A stretch of 33,184 nucleotides of DNA from Thermotogota bacterium. Its GTDB lineage: Bacteria > Thermotogota > Thermotogae > Petrotogales > Kosmotogaceae. The notes under the pieces were generated by a model. It was not told the origin of the DNA and ran no database searches. It saw nothing but the letters and a program-made list of their open reading frames with translations. Below are positions 19,011 to 27,630 of this stretch, in pieces (positions within the stretch are counted from its first letter, which is position 1; each line of letters opens with the position of its first letter). The stretch lies in the NCBI GenBank assembly GCA_034660555.1, contig JAYEJL010000183.1, forward strand, positions 1 through 33,184, in the 5' to 3' direction. The translations under genes and the position numbers were made by a program.

Positions 19011-22000
19011 TTATTCAAGAATAAGTGTTCCCCATTTGTCTGGAGAGGCCCAGACTTCGGGTATGCTCGTCCATGATAGGATGTTTTCTCTAACATATTG
19101 TCCGGGCTGTGCGTCTTCTTTGTTTGAATTATGAATGGTATAGCTAAATCCTAATTTAGTTCCAGATCTTGGGTTTATTTTGAGATATTTGAAAGGAATT
19201 TTAACTTCAAGGTTATAACCATAGTCCGTTTTCTCTGTTGCGTACTCAATATCTGGTGCAACTTCCTCAACAGGCCCTGGATTTGCATCTTCATGTCTCG
19301 CTGCATGAGGATTGTTTTCTGTATCAAAAGGAAGTATGGCAAGTTTTAATAATCCAGCATTTGAACCAGCTTTTGATGGGTCAATGTAAAATTCAACGGA
19401 ATCTGTCTGATAGAAGCCACCCTTGGCGTCAGGACCAAAATTAATTACCAGGTACTCATCATAAACTTCTGCAGCTATGTAGAGATTATCTTCATTCCAC
19501 TTGATGTAGAAATAACTGTGCAATATCTGCTCTCTTTTGTTTACAATTTGAATTCCACCAGCTGGGACATTCATATCTTCATCTACCACATATTTTTCAG
19601 CGACTTCCCACTCTTTAAGAGTTCCATCAATCTTAATAGTTTTATCAGCTTTTTTAGCAAAGGCTTCTTTTTGGGAAGGAGCCATTTTAAGTTCTTCAAA
19701 TTCCTTAGCATATTCAGGAGTTACAGCATATTCAACATCTTTTTCTTTAAACCCAATTTTTCTCAGCGCCGTTTGAATGTTTGGGACTTTCATAAAGTAT
19801 TCCCATATCATTCCTGTTTGGTAGTTTTCAATCATGAGTAACAAGTCACCCTGATCTATTCCAATGTTCTCTTCAGAATACCAGTTAGTGTCAACATTAT
19901 AGCCGCTTACAAACCCATATTTGTTCCAAATTAATGCTCCCTGATCTTCCAGCATAGCTCTTAATGAATTTATGGACAAATCGGGTGTAAACGGAATAGA
20001 GGCTAAAGAAGCGTAAGGTGCAATTGTTCCGTCGTGATTTCCTTCTGATGCACCATAGGCTTTATAACCATTTGGTCCATCACATGCACTTAGTCCCCAT
20101 ATATCTTCAGTGTAAGTCTCATATTGAAATCTATTGGAGAACGTAAAAAGCCAATTATAGCAGGAAGCCACTGCAGCATTGTTAAAATAATTCGCATAAT
20201 GATCAACTTTATTCCTGAAATCGACCCATACGTTTGGATACTGGTAAACGAATAGTGTTTCCTGAGGTAATTGAATATAAGTATCATGTACCGGTCGATA
20301 TATATTATCCCAGGTTGAAGCAGGAATCAAATGTGTTGGCGAACCTATTGCCAGTACATATGCAAGAATACCTTCATTGAATGAATCCCATCTTGCACCT
20401 AGAAATCCTGCTTCAGGCTTCCATCCCATTGATAATGTATTGCCACCTGCAAGCATCCATCGCCAATCTACTTTCTTGTATAATTCAACTGCGAGTTTAT
20501 TCAATTCAGTACCTTCAAAATACTGCCCCACTGTAAGGGCTCCGGCAATAAACAAAGAGGTATCTATTGATGAAATTTCAGAGCTCAGGGCGCGTTTGCC
20601 CGTTTCCATATTAACAAAATGATAGTAAAAACCTTTCTTTCCTTCTACACCACCATTTGCAAAAGTTTTAAGAGTGGTCAACGCCCAATTGTAACCTTCT
20701 TCTTTGGTGATCCAGCCACTTTCGATGGCTACGGGAATTGAGGAAAGACCAAATCCAACTGCCGCAATGCTACATGGTGAATCATCTGAACTCCTGTCTT
20801 TAACAAGACCGTTTTCTGGATTTGCCTCTTCCCAAAAATACTGAAACGTCTTTTCCTGTATAGCTTCTAAAAGTTCGTCGTCTCCCATTTCCGTAAGCTT
20901 TTTTACCTCTTCCTTTATTTGAGCTGGTACCATTGCTATTTTTTCTTCTCGAGTAATTTTTTCTGTGGTTATCGCATATATTCCATCAACATAGAATGGA
21001 TCAGTAAGAGGTGCTTTATCTCCGCCTTCATATCCAATGAATGCAATATAAACCTTGTATTTTCCTTCAGATTTTAGTTTCTGCATATCACCAGAAAGCT
21101 TAAATGGGATATCATTCCAGCCGGGTGTAACCTTATCAATTTCGCTAAAAACTCCACCAACCCATTGCCATCCATCTGTCAAATCTGCCATTCCAAAGAA
21201 GAATTGGGTTGGCAATTTCTCCATTTCTTCCGGCAAAAAAACTCTCATTATTAACTGATTGGATTCTTTCCACAGCTCATATTTATCTGTTGGTATTTTT
21301 GCAGCTATTTTTGTTTCCACCGCTTCTCCTGATGGTATGACCTTCATAGATCCAGAGCCACTACCTACATATTTTTTGTTGAATTCAAATGTAGCACCTG
21401 TGTTGTCGTTATCAAATGTTTCTATTTCTTCTACGGTGCTTAATGACCAGATATATTCTCTAACCTTTGACTCTCCTGGAGTCAAAGCATTGCAATGGTC
21501 TACGTAAAAAGGATCTTTGAGAGGGATTTTTTCCTCGTCTTCTAAGAAGAAAGAGAAATAAAGCATATATTTTCCGTTTTTGTCTACATTAATCATTTTG
21601 GGTGAGAGTTTGTAGCTTATGACATTCCAGCCATTCTCAACTTCTTTTCTGGTAAAAACTCCATCTACCCATTGCCATCCATCAGTTATGTCGGCCATTC
21701 CAAGAAAGTAACTGTTTGGTACTGTTTCGAGGTTTTCTTCAAAATAAATACTTAGCTCAAGTGTATTGTGAGCTTTCCAGTTTAGTAAGCTTTCGCCAGA
21801 TAATTCAAAAGCCATTTTTGTCTCTGGAGCTTTTCCAGAAGGGATCACTTTAACTGAGTGTTTTCCTGAGTATACATAGTTTTCGTTTAACTCAAATTTT
21901 GCTCCTGTGTTGTCGTTGTTAATCCCTTCAGTGATTTCCATGTCGCGAATTATTGCCTGCCCAAATAAAGTTAATGCAAAGAGCAGTAAAAAAGTGATAA

Positions 22001-22022
22001 TGATTATTGAAGAACGCTTCAT
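19011..22022 (-). CDS. Secreted multidomain GH144 (glucoamylase-like, endo-beta-1,2-glucanase family): two N-terminal ~170-aa repeats + GH144 + CBM9-like domain
   Basis: GH144 motifs TFQYFWEEANPENGLVKDR, SIAAVGFGL, GFYYHF, EISSIDT, WGLSACDGP, GTIAP, GIDQG.LLMIENY. C-terminal IKIDG.L.EW / WNEDNLYIAAEVYD / DSVEFYIDP / YNLEVKIPF is CBM9/DOMON-like. GGAGGTGA RBS favours ATG 22022. Confidence 0.85.
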   Translation of the reverse strand: MKRSSIIIITFLLLFALTLFGQAIIRDMEITEGINNDNTGAKFELNENYVYSGKHSVKVIPSGKAPETKMAFELSGESLLNWKAHNTLELSIYFEENLETVPNSYFLGMADITDGWQWVDGVFTRKEVENGWNVISYKLSPKMINVDKNGKYMLYFSFFLEDEEKIPLKDPFYVDHCNALTPGESKVREYIWSLSTVEEIETFDNDNTGATFEFNKKYVGSGSGSMKVIPSGEAVETKIAAKIPTDKYELWKESNQLIMRVFLPEEMEKLPTQFFFGMADLTDGWQWVGGVFSEIDKVTPGWNDIPFKLSGDMQKLKSEGKYKVYIAFIGYEGGDKAPLTDPFYVDGIYAITTEKITREEKIAMVPAQIKEEVKKLTEMGDDELLEAIQEKTFQYFWEEANPENGLVKDRSSDDSPCSIAAVGFGLSSIPVAIESGWITKEEGYNWALTTLKTFANGGVEGKKGFYYHFVNMETGKRALSSEISSIDTSLFIAGALTVGQYFEGTELNKLAVELYKKVDWRWMLAGGNTLSMGWKPEAGFLGARWDSFNEGILAYVLAIGSPTHLIPASTWDNIYRPVHDTYIQLPQETLFVYQYPNVWVDFRNKVDHYANYFNNAAVASCYNWLFTFSNRFQYETYTEDIWGLSACDGPNGYKAYGASEGNHDGTIAPYASLASIPFTPDLSINSLRAMLEDQGALIWNKYGFVSGYNVDTNWYSEENIGIDQGDLLLMIENYQTGMIWEYFMKVPNIQTALRKIGFKEKDVEYAVTPEYAKEFEELKMAPSQKEAFAKKADKTIKIDGTLKEWEVAEKYVVDEDMNVPAGGIQIVNKREQILHSYFYIKWNEDNLYIAAEVYDEYLVINFGPDAKGGFYQTDSVEFYIDPSKAGSNAGLLKLAILPFDTENNPHAARHEDANPGPVEEVAPDIEYATEKTDYGYNLEVKIPFKYLKINPRSGTKLGFSYTIHNSNKEDAQPGQYVRENILSWTSIPEVWASPDKWGTLILE

Positions 22023-22037
22023 ACAACTCACCTCCAT

Positions 22038-24398
22038 TTAAATATTTACCTCCACGATAACGGGTTCTTTTCCCCGTTCATGAGTTATCTCTTTACCTTT
22101 AATTTCCTTACCATTTACAAACAATTGGTACCTTTGTCCTTTGTTATTGATTGTGATTTTGTATAATCTTCCTCTGAAGAGTCTTTTTACTTCTACTTTT
22201 TCCCATTGTTCAGGGATATTTGGATCAATCAGTAGGCCACTCCATGTTGCCCTGATTCCCAATATTCCATCAATACCTGCAATAAAGTACCATGTAGCAG
22301 AACCTGTATACCATGTCCAACAACCCCTGCCAAAATATTTTGAATCGGGACCATCAACATTTCCCGAAGTAACATAGGGTTCTACCTTGTACTTCTCGGG
22401 ATCAGTTGCGCGGTATATGGGCATGAAGCTTTTATAAATCTCGAATGCATCTGCATCTTTCATCTTTGAGGCAGCCATAACGGCCCATGTCCCGGCATGT
22501 GTGTACAATCCTCCATTTTCTCTTGTACCTGGAGCATATCTTGTAAGATAACCAATTTCGGGATCTGGAACACTGTATGCTGGTGAAAAAAGTATAGGAC
22601 CATACTCTTTAAACAGATATTTCTTAGCAGACTGGTAAGCGATCTTTTTTCTCTTCATTGTTGCTGTATCATTTAATATTGACCAGGTTTGAGCATTTAG
22701 ATAAATTTTTCCCTGGTTGCATATTGAACTACCTATAGGATCACCATTGTCTTTAAAGGCGCGAATGTACCATTCTCCATCCCAACCATATTCGTTTATA
22801 AATCGTTTTAATTTTTCGGAGGCTTCTTTGTAGTTAACTGTGCGTTTGGTATCATTAATAAACTCAGTTATATATGTGAAATCTTCAAGTATACCTGTCA
22901 AGAAATGTGCCAGCCAGATACTTTCGCCTTTACCATTGATTCCTACTGCGTTCATACCATCGTTCCAGTCACCTCCACCGATGAGTGGTAACGAATGTGG
23001 CCCCATCCTTTTAAAAACGGAATCAATGGCTTTACAGCAATGTATATAAAGGCTATCTTTTCCACTATCGTAATAGTCAATTTCTTCACTGAGAATATCA
23101 AAATCTTCCGTATTTTTAAGATATTCAATCGTTATGTATGCTAACCAGAGTAAGTTATCCGAGATTTCGTTTTTCAGTCCTTCTTCAGTAAGAGGATGCC
23201 ACCAATGCAACACCCTGCCATTTGAGAACTGATGTCTGGCATGAAGTCTAATTTGTTCCTTTGTTTTTTCAGGATCAAGATAAAGGAAAATTTGACTGTC
23301 CTGCAACTGATCTCTAAAACCATAGGCCCCACCTGTTTGATAATATGCTGTTCTTCCCCAAATCCTTCCTGATATGGCCTGATATTTCAGCCAGATGTTG
23401 GACATTATATTAAATCCATTATCTGGAGTATCTATCCATGTTTTTTCAAGCAATTCTGTCCACATTCTCTTAATCTGCTCAAGTTCTTCATCCACATTCT
23501 TAGAGTTGCTGTAATGTGAAATGATCTCATTCATCAAACCTTTTTCGTGATCGTTTTTTATTGCACCGAGTCCATAAACAATAGTTTTTTCCTCATTCGG
23601 TGAAAGCTCAACATCGGTTTTTAAAGAAGCAATTGCATCCTCCCATTTACCAAATTTATTCTGGAGCGTATTATTCTCAACTGCCAAAGGGTTTTTAAGG
23701 CTTCTATACATACCCAGGAAATCCTCTTTTGATCCTGTCGCAGCTGAGGTTTTCTGGTTTACCCAGTGAAATGCAGTATAGTCCCAATCATGATTCCAAT
23801 GGGCTCCTCTTTTTCCTGGAACTTCCCACAATCTTTTGTTCGCCATTATGCAGTTCTTACTGTCAACGAATTTTGTTTCCAGAAAACATTTGTGAAATTC
23901 TCTGTGCCAGTCAGGTGCAAAGCCCAGATTCCATTCAAGATAAGTGAAAATAGACAATTTACGTGCTTTTTTGGTTTTATTTTTGATAGTTAATTTCCAC
24001 AATTCTGCAGGATATTTTTTCGTTACAAGATATGTGGTTACACACTGAATCCCATTATATTCTGTTTTGAAGGTTGTATAGCCTGTCCCGTGAACAACCT
24101 GAAACGAATCGAAATTTACACAAACAGGTTTCCATGTTGGAGACCAGTAATCACCGGTTTCGTTGTCTTTAATATAAATGTATTTTCCCCATTCATCTTT
24201 AATAAGGTCCTGCTCCCAGCGGGTGATTCTGTTAATTGACGCGTGGGTTCTCCAGCTGTAGCCAGACCCTGTATTGGATATCACCATGCCGTAATCTCCA
24301 TTAGAAATCACGTTAATCCAGGGTCTGGGAGTTTTTGGAGTTTTTATTAGATATTCTTTGCCATCTTCGATGAATTTTCCAAATTTGTTATCAAACAC
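22038..24398 (-). CDS. GH94 glycoside phosphorylase
   Basis: TPRPWINVISN, YYQTGGAYGFRDQLQD, GGGDWNDGMN (catalytic Asp), GESIWL, WDGEWY, RENGGLYTHA, WYTGSATW. GTG start with GGAGG RBS. Confidence 0.92.
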   Translation of the reverse strand: MFDNKFGKFIEDGKEYLIKTPKTPRPWINVISNGDYGMVISNTGSGYSWRTHASINRITRWEQDLIKDEWGKYIYIKDNETGDYWSPTWKPVCVNFDSFQVVHGTGYTTFKTEYNGIQCVTTYLVTKKYPAELWKLTIKNKTKKARKLSIFTYLEWNLGFAPDWHREFHKCFLETKFVDSKNCIMANKRLWEVPGKRGAHWNHDWDYTAFHWVNQKTSAATGSKEDFLGMYRSLKNPLAVENNTLQNKFGKWEDAIASLKTDVELSPNEEKTIVYGLGAIKNDHEKGLMNEIISHYSNSKNVDEELEQIKRMWTELLEKTWIDTPDNGFNIMSNIWLKYQAISGRIWGRTAYYQTGGAYGFRDQLQDSQIFLYLDPEKTKEQIRLHARHQFSNGRVLHWWHPLTEEGLKNEISDNLLWLAYITIEYLKNTEDFDILSEEIDYYDSGKDSLYIHCCKAIDSVFKRMGPHSLPLIGGGDWNDGMNAVGINGKGESIWLAHFLTGILEDFTYITEFINDTKRTVNYKEASEKLKRFINEYGWDGEWYIRAFKDNGDPIGSSICNQGKIYLNAQTWSILNDTATMKRKKIAYQSAKKYLFKEYGPILFSPAYSVPDPEIGYLTRYAPGTRENGGLYTHAGTWAVMAASKMKDADAFEIYKSFMPIYRATDPEKYKVEPYVTSGNVDGPDSKYFGRGCWTWYTGSATWYFIAGIDGILGIRATWSGLLIDPNIPEQWEKVEVKRLFRGRLYKITINNKGQRYQLFVNGKEIKGKEITHERGKEPVIVEVNI

Positions 24399-24410
24399 AC
24401 TATTTCCTCC

Positions 24411-24427
24411 TTACTTAACCGGTTCAG
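24411..24427. promoter_or_regulatory. Putative LacI-family operator, copy 1 (TTACTTAACCGGTTCAG)
   Basis: Palindromic core AACCGGTT with central CG, directly upstream of the GH94 RBS. An identical 17-mer occurs at 25515. Confidence 0.75.
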
Positions 24428-24469
24428 TTTCCTCAAATACACATTTAGCATTGAACTAAAAACATTTGT

Positions 24470-25498
24470 TTACCTGCTGTTGCAGTAGCTACAGGACTGT
24501 CTTTCAAGCAATCTGGTTTTTAGTAAATAGTGCTTTTTTTCCGGTGTTTTTCCATTAATAAGGCTGATCAATGTTTTTGCTGCGAGTGAACCCATTTCAA
24601 ATATGGGCTGCATAATGGTAGTTAAAGTGGGTTTAGAGAATGAGCTGGCTTCAGTGTTATCAAAACCAATTATGGATATATCTTCAGGGATTCTATAACC
24701 TTCTTTTTTGAATGCGGACATTGCGCCTAGTGCCATCTGATCGTTGGCTGCAAATATCGCAGTTGGCATTTTTTTGTTCTCTATAAGCTTTTTTGCTACC
24801 TTAAAACCACTCTGTCTGAGAAAATCTCCTTTTAAAACAAGATCCTCATCATAGGGAATATTATGTTCTTCTAATGCTTTGAGATAACCATGATATCGTG
24901 CTTTGCTATCTCTTGCTGCTTCTGGTCCATGAACAAATGCTATTTTTTTGTGTCCCAGAGAAATTAGATAATTGGTAGCCTTAAAACCGCCTTCTAAATT
25001 GTCAACAGAAACGCTGTATATATCGTCATCATATGGAAAATCTAAAAATACAAAAGGGATTTTTCTTTGCCTTAATTTCTTCGTTACCTCTTTTCCCACA
25101 AAATAGGTCATTACAATAACGCCATCTGACATTGAGGAAGTAAAGAAATCAAAGACTTCGTGTTCCTTTTCAGGATTAGCGTGAGTGGTAAATAGGTTCA
25201 AAAAATATCCAAACTTACCTGAAGCTTTTTCCACTCCCCGGATAATATTTGCATAGAACATATCGCTTATATCAGGTATTATAAGTCCAACAGAGTTTGT
25301 ACGTTTTCCTGCAAGAGCTCTTGCCATAGTATTTGGTTTGTAATTTGATTCTTTGATGATCCTTTGGATCTTCTTTCTAACATCGAGACTTACGCCTTTT
25401 TTGTTATTGATAACGTATGATACGGTGGCCTTTGAAACATTTGCCATTTTTGCTATGTCAGCTATTGTAATTGTTTTAGATACTACTTTTTCTGACAT
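24470..25498 (-). CDS. LacI-family transcriptional regulator
   Basis: HTH TIADIAKMANVSKATVSYVIN, YKPNTMARAL hinge, IFAANDQMALG, SIIGFDN. Likely start is ATG 25498 (AGGTG RBS). Confidence 0.95.
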   Translation of the reverse strand: MSEKVVSKTITIADIAKMANVSKATVSYVINNKKGVSLDVRKKIQRIIKESNYKPNTMARALAGKRTNSVGLIIPDISDMFYANIIRGVEKASGKFGYFLNLFTTHANPEKEHEVFDFFTSSMSDGVIVMTYFVGKEVTKKLRQRKIPFVFLDFPYDDDIYSVSVDNLEGGFKATNYLISLGHKKIAFVHGPEAARDSKARYHGYLKALEEHNIPYDEDLVLKGDFLRQSGFKVAKKLIENKKMPTAIFAANDQMALGAMSAFKKEGYRIPEDISIIGFDNTEASSFSKPTLTTIMQPIFEMGSLAAKTLISLINGKTPEKKHYLLKTRLLERQSCSYCNSR

Positions 25499-25514
25499 AA
25501 ATAATACACACCTA

Positions 25515-25531
25515 TTACTTAACCGGTTCAG
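25515..25531. promoter_or_regulatory. Putative LacI-family operator, copy 2 (autoregulatory)
   Basis: Identical TTACTTAACCGGTTCAG just upstream of the lacI RBS. Confidence 0.75.
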
Positions 25532-25930
25532 CAATTTTGCTAAATGTTATTAATCTAACTCAGCTAAAATTAGTTACAATGATGGTTGATTATCCATGAA
25601 GGTCATCCTCATACTAATTGTTTATATAAATAAACACTGTTTACTTGAATTTATAATGAAAGATGTAAAATATGATTAAATGTCAAGGTAAATAACATTT
25701 GATGTAACCGTTGAGCAATTGTTATCAATACAAATTTTAAGTGATGCCTATTAAGAAAGACTGAGAAAAGGTTTTGAATTATAAGTAGTTATCATATATG
25801 AATGAATTAACATGTAGGACTATTTTGCAAAACAAGACAACGCTTGATTAGAAAAATGTGACACAAACAATGAATTTATATAAATGTTCTTGAAATACTT
25901 ATATCAAATGTAAGACCTGGAGGGTTTATA

Positions 25931-26764
25931 TTGTCAAGCATTAAGCTAAGAAAGGTTGAATATTCTGATAAAGAACGCGTTTATGAAATGACAAAAAGTA
26001 TCTGGAGAGGTAACGATTATATTCCTGGTGTGTTTGAAGAACTGGTTGAGGATAATAGGTCCGACTTTTTGGGAATCGAGGAACATGGTAAATTGATTGC
26101 CCTTGCCAATTTATATTTAATTGATGAGAGCTCAGGATGGCTAGAAGGACTGCGCGTAGATCCGGAGCTTACTGGAAAAGGCTGGGGTAAAAAGATGGTA
26201 GAGAGCGTGTGTTATTTTGCTATCGATAAAGGTCTCAACGAGCTGTTCTTTTCGACATATTATCGCAGCAAAGCTTCTATCAATTTGAATGAGAAACTTG
26301 GTTTCATAAGATATGAAACATTTACCAATCTTGCTATTGATTTAGAAAATGTGAAATTAGGGAATAATGATAACGATCTTCAACTTCTGCCCTTTTCAAA
26401 TGAAAAGTGCGAAAGGACCGTGTGGAATGGCTGGTTTGCTATTCCTGAGGGCAAAAAATTAGTTGAAGATAGATTTCCAAAAATCTCGAAGGTTATGAAA
26501 AACGAAAATGAATTTTTATTATCTGAAAATCATAAAGAAAGAACAACTCTTGAAATTTCACCTGTGAAGATTAGCACTGTAGATTACGATACAGTCAAAG
26601 CAATTACTGATTATGCAATAAAAAATGGTTATAAAAAGACACATTTAATGCTTGCTAATGATATTAGTTTGAAGCCATTTATTGAAAATGGTTTAAAGTA
26701 TCGTGAAAAAACTGAGGATGTGTATCTTTTTACAGCAAAAACGGACAAATTGAAATTGAGGTGA
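25931..26764 (+). CDS. GNAT family N-acetyltransferase
   Basis: IWRGNDYIP, GWLEGLRVDPELTGKGWG (motif A), ASINLNEKLGF; GGAGG RBS before TTG. Confidence 0.85.
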   Translation: MSSIKLRKVEYSDKERVYEMTKSIWRGNDYIPGVFEELVEDNRSDFLGIEEHGKLIALANLYLIDESSGWLEGLRVDPELTGKGWGKKMVESVCYFAIDKGLNELFFSTYYRSKASINLNEKLGFIRYETFTNLAIDLENVKLGNNDNDLQLLPFSNEKCERTVWNGWFAIPEGKKLVEDRFPKISKVMKNENEFLLSENHKERTTLEISPVKISTVDYDTVKAITDYAIKNGYKKTHLMLANDISLKPFIENGLKYREKTEDVYLFTAKTDKLKLR

Positions 26765-26770
26765 TGACTT

Positions 26771-27613
26771 ATTATTAATGCTCCAGAATGTATTCCGTGT
26801 AATATAAATACAGCTATAAGAATAATGAAAGATGCTAAAATGAACGAGAATTTGCAGTGGAAAATTTTGAACAATTTTCTTAAAAGGATAGTTGAATTGG
26901 AATTAACAAGTATTACACCTGTTCATCTTGGTAAAGAGGCGGGTAACTTGTTAAGGGAATATCTAAAAGATGATTTAAACAGAGAAGAGAATGAATTTGC
27001 AATTGATTACATGCTACAGAAATATGATTTCTTTGAAAGTATTGTGAAAAATTCTGAAAACCCTCTCAGTACAGCTATAAAACTCGCTGTTTCAGGTAAT
27101 ATTATCGATATAGCACCCGGGCATGATATTGATGTAGAAAAAACTGTAAAGAGAGTGCTAAGTTCAACCTTTGCTATTGATAACATAACAGAGCTTTCCC
27201 GGGAACTTAATAAAGCAAAAACATTGTTGTATGTTGGAGATAATTGTGGAGAGACAGTTCTTGATAGATTGCTTATAGAAACAGCAAACGTAGAAAATGT
27301 ATATTACGCTGTGAGGAGTAAACCGGTGCTAAACGATGTGATTTATGAAACAGCTGTTAGATCAGGACTTCAGAATTGTTCAACGATTATAGATAGTGGT
27401 AGTGATGCTCCGGGCGTTATCGAGAACGTGATGAGTGACAGGTTTAAACGTTTGTTGAATGATGCAGATATAGTTATAGCAAAGGGTCAGGGTAATTTTG
27501 AAAGCATGAGCGGTTTTGATAAATCCATCTATTTTTTGTTCATGGCTAAATGCAACGTTATGGCAAACTATCTGGGTGTTGATAAGGGGAGCTTCATTGT
27601 TCATAAAATATAG
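26771..27613 (+). CDS. DUF89 / ARMT1-like damage-control phosphatase (probable ATT start)
   Basis: ECIPC N-terminal motif in frame upstream of the track's ATG 26825; AVSGNIID, GDNCGETVLD, PVLND, IAKGQGNFE, FMAKC. Confidence 0.85.
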   Translation: MINAPECIPCNINTAIRIMKDAKMNENLQWKILNNFLKRIVELELTSITPVHLGKEAGNLLREYLKDDLNREENEFAIDYMLQKYDFFESIVKNSENPLSTAIKLAVSGNIIDIAPGHDIDVEKTVKRVLSSTFAIDNITELSRELNKAKTLLYVGDNCGETVLDRLLIETANVENVYYAVRSKPVLNDVIYETAVRSGLQNCSTIIDSGSDAPGVIENVMSDRFKRLLNDADIVIAKGQGNFESMSGFDKSIYFLFMAKCNVMANYLGVDKGSFIVHKI

Positions 27614-27630
27614 AGAATGAAAAACCACAA

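Noticed and set aside
25540..25925. Riboswitch or ncRNA in the 400-bp divergent spacer between lacI and GNAT
   Set aside because: Very AT-rich, with no stable stems or recognisable aptamer motifs; consistent with promoter DNA.
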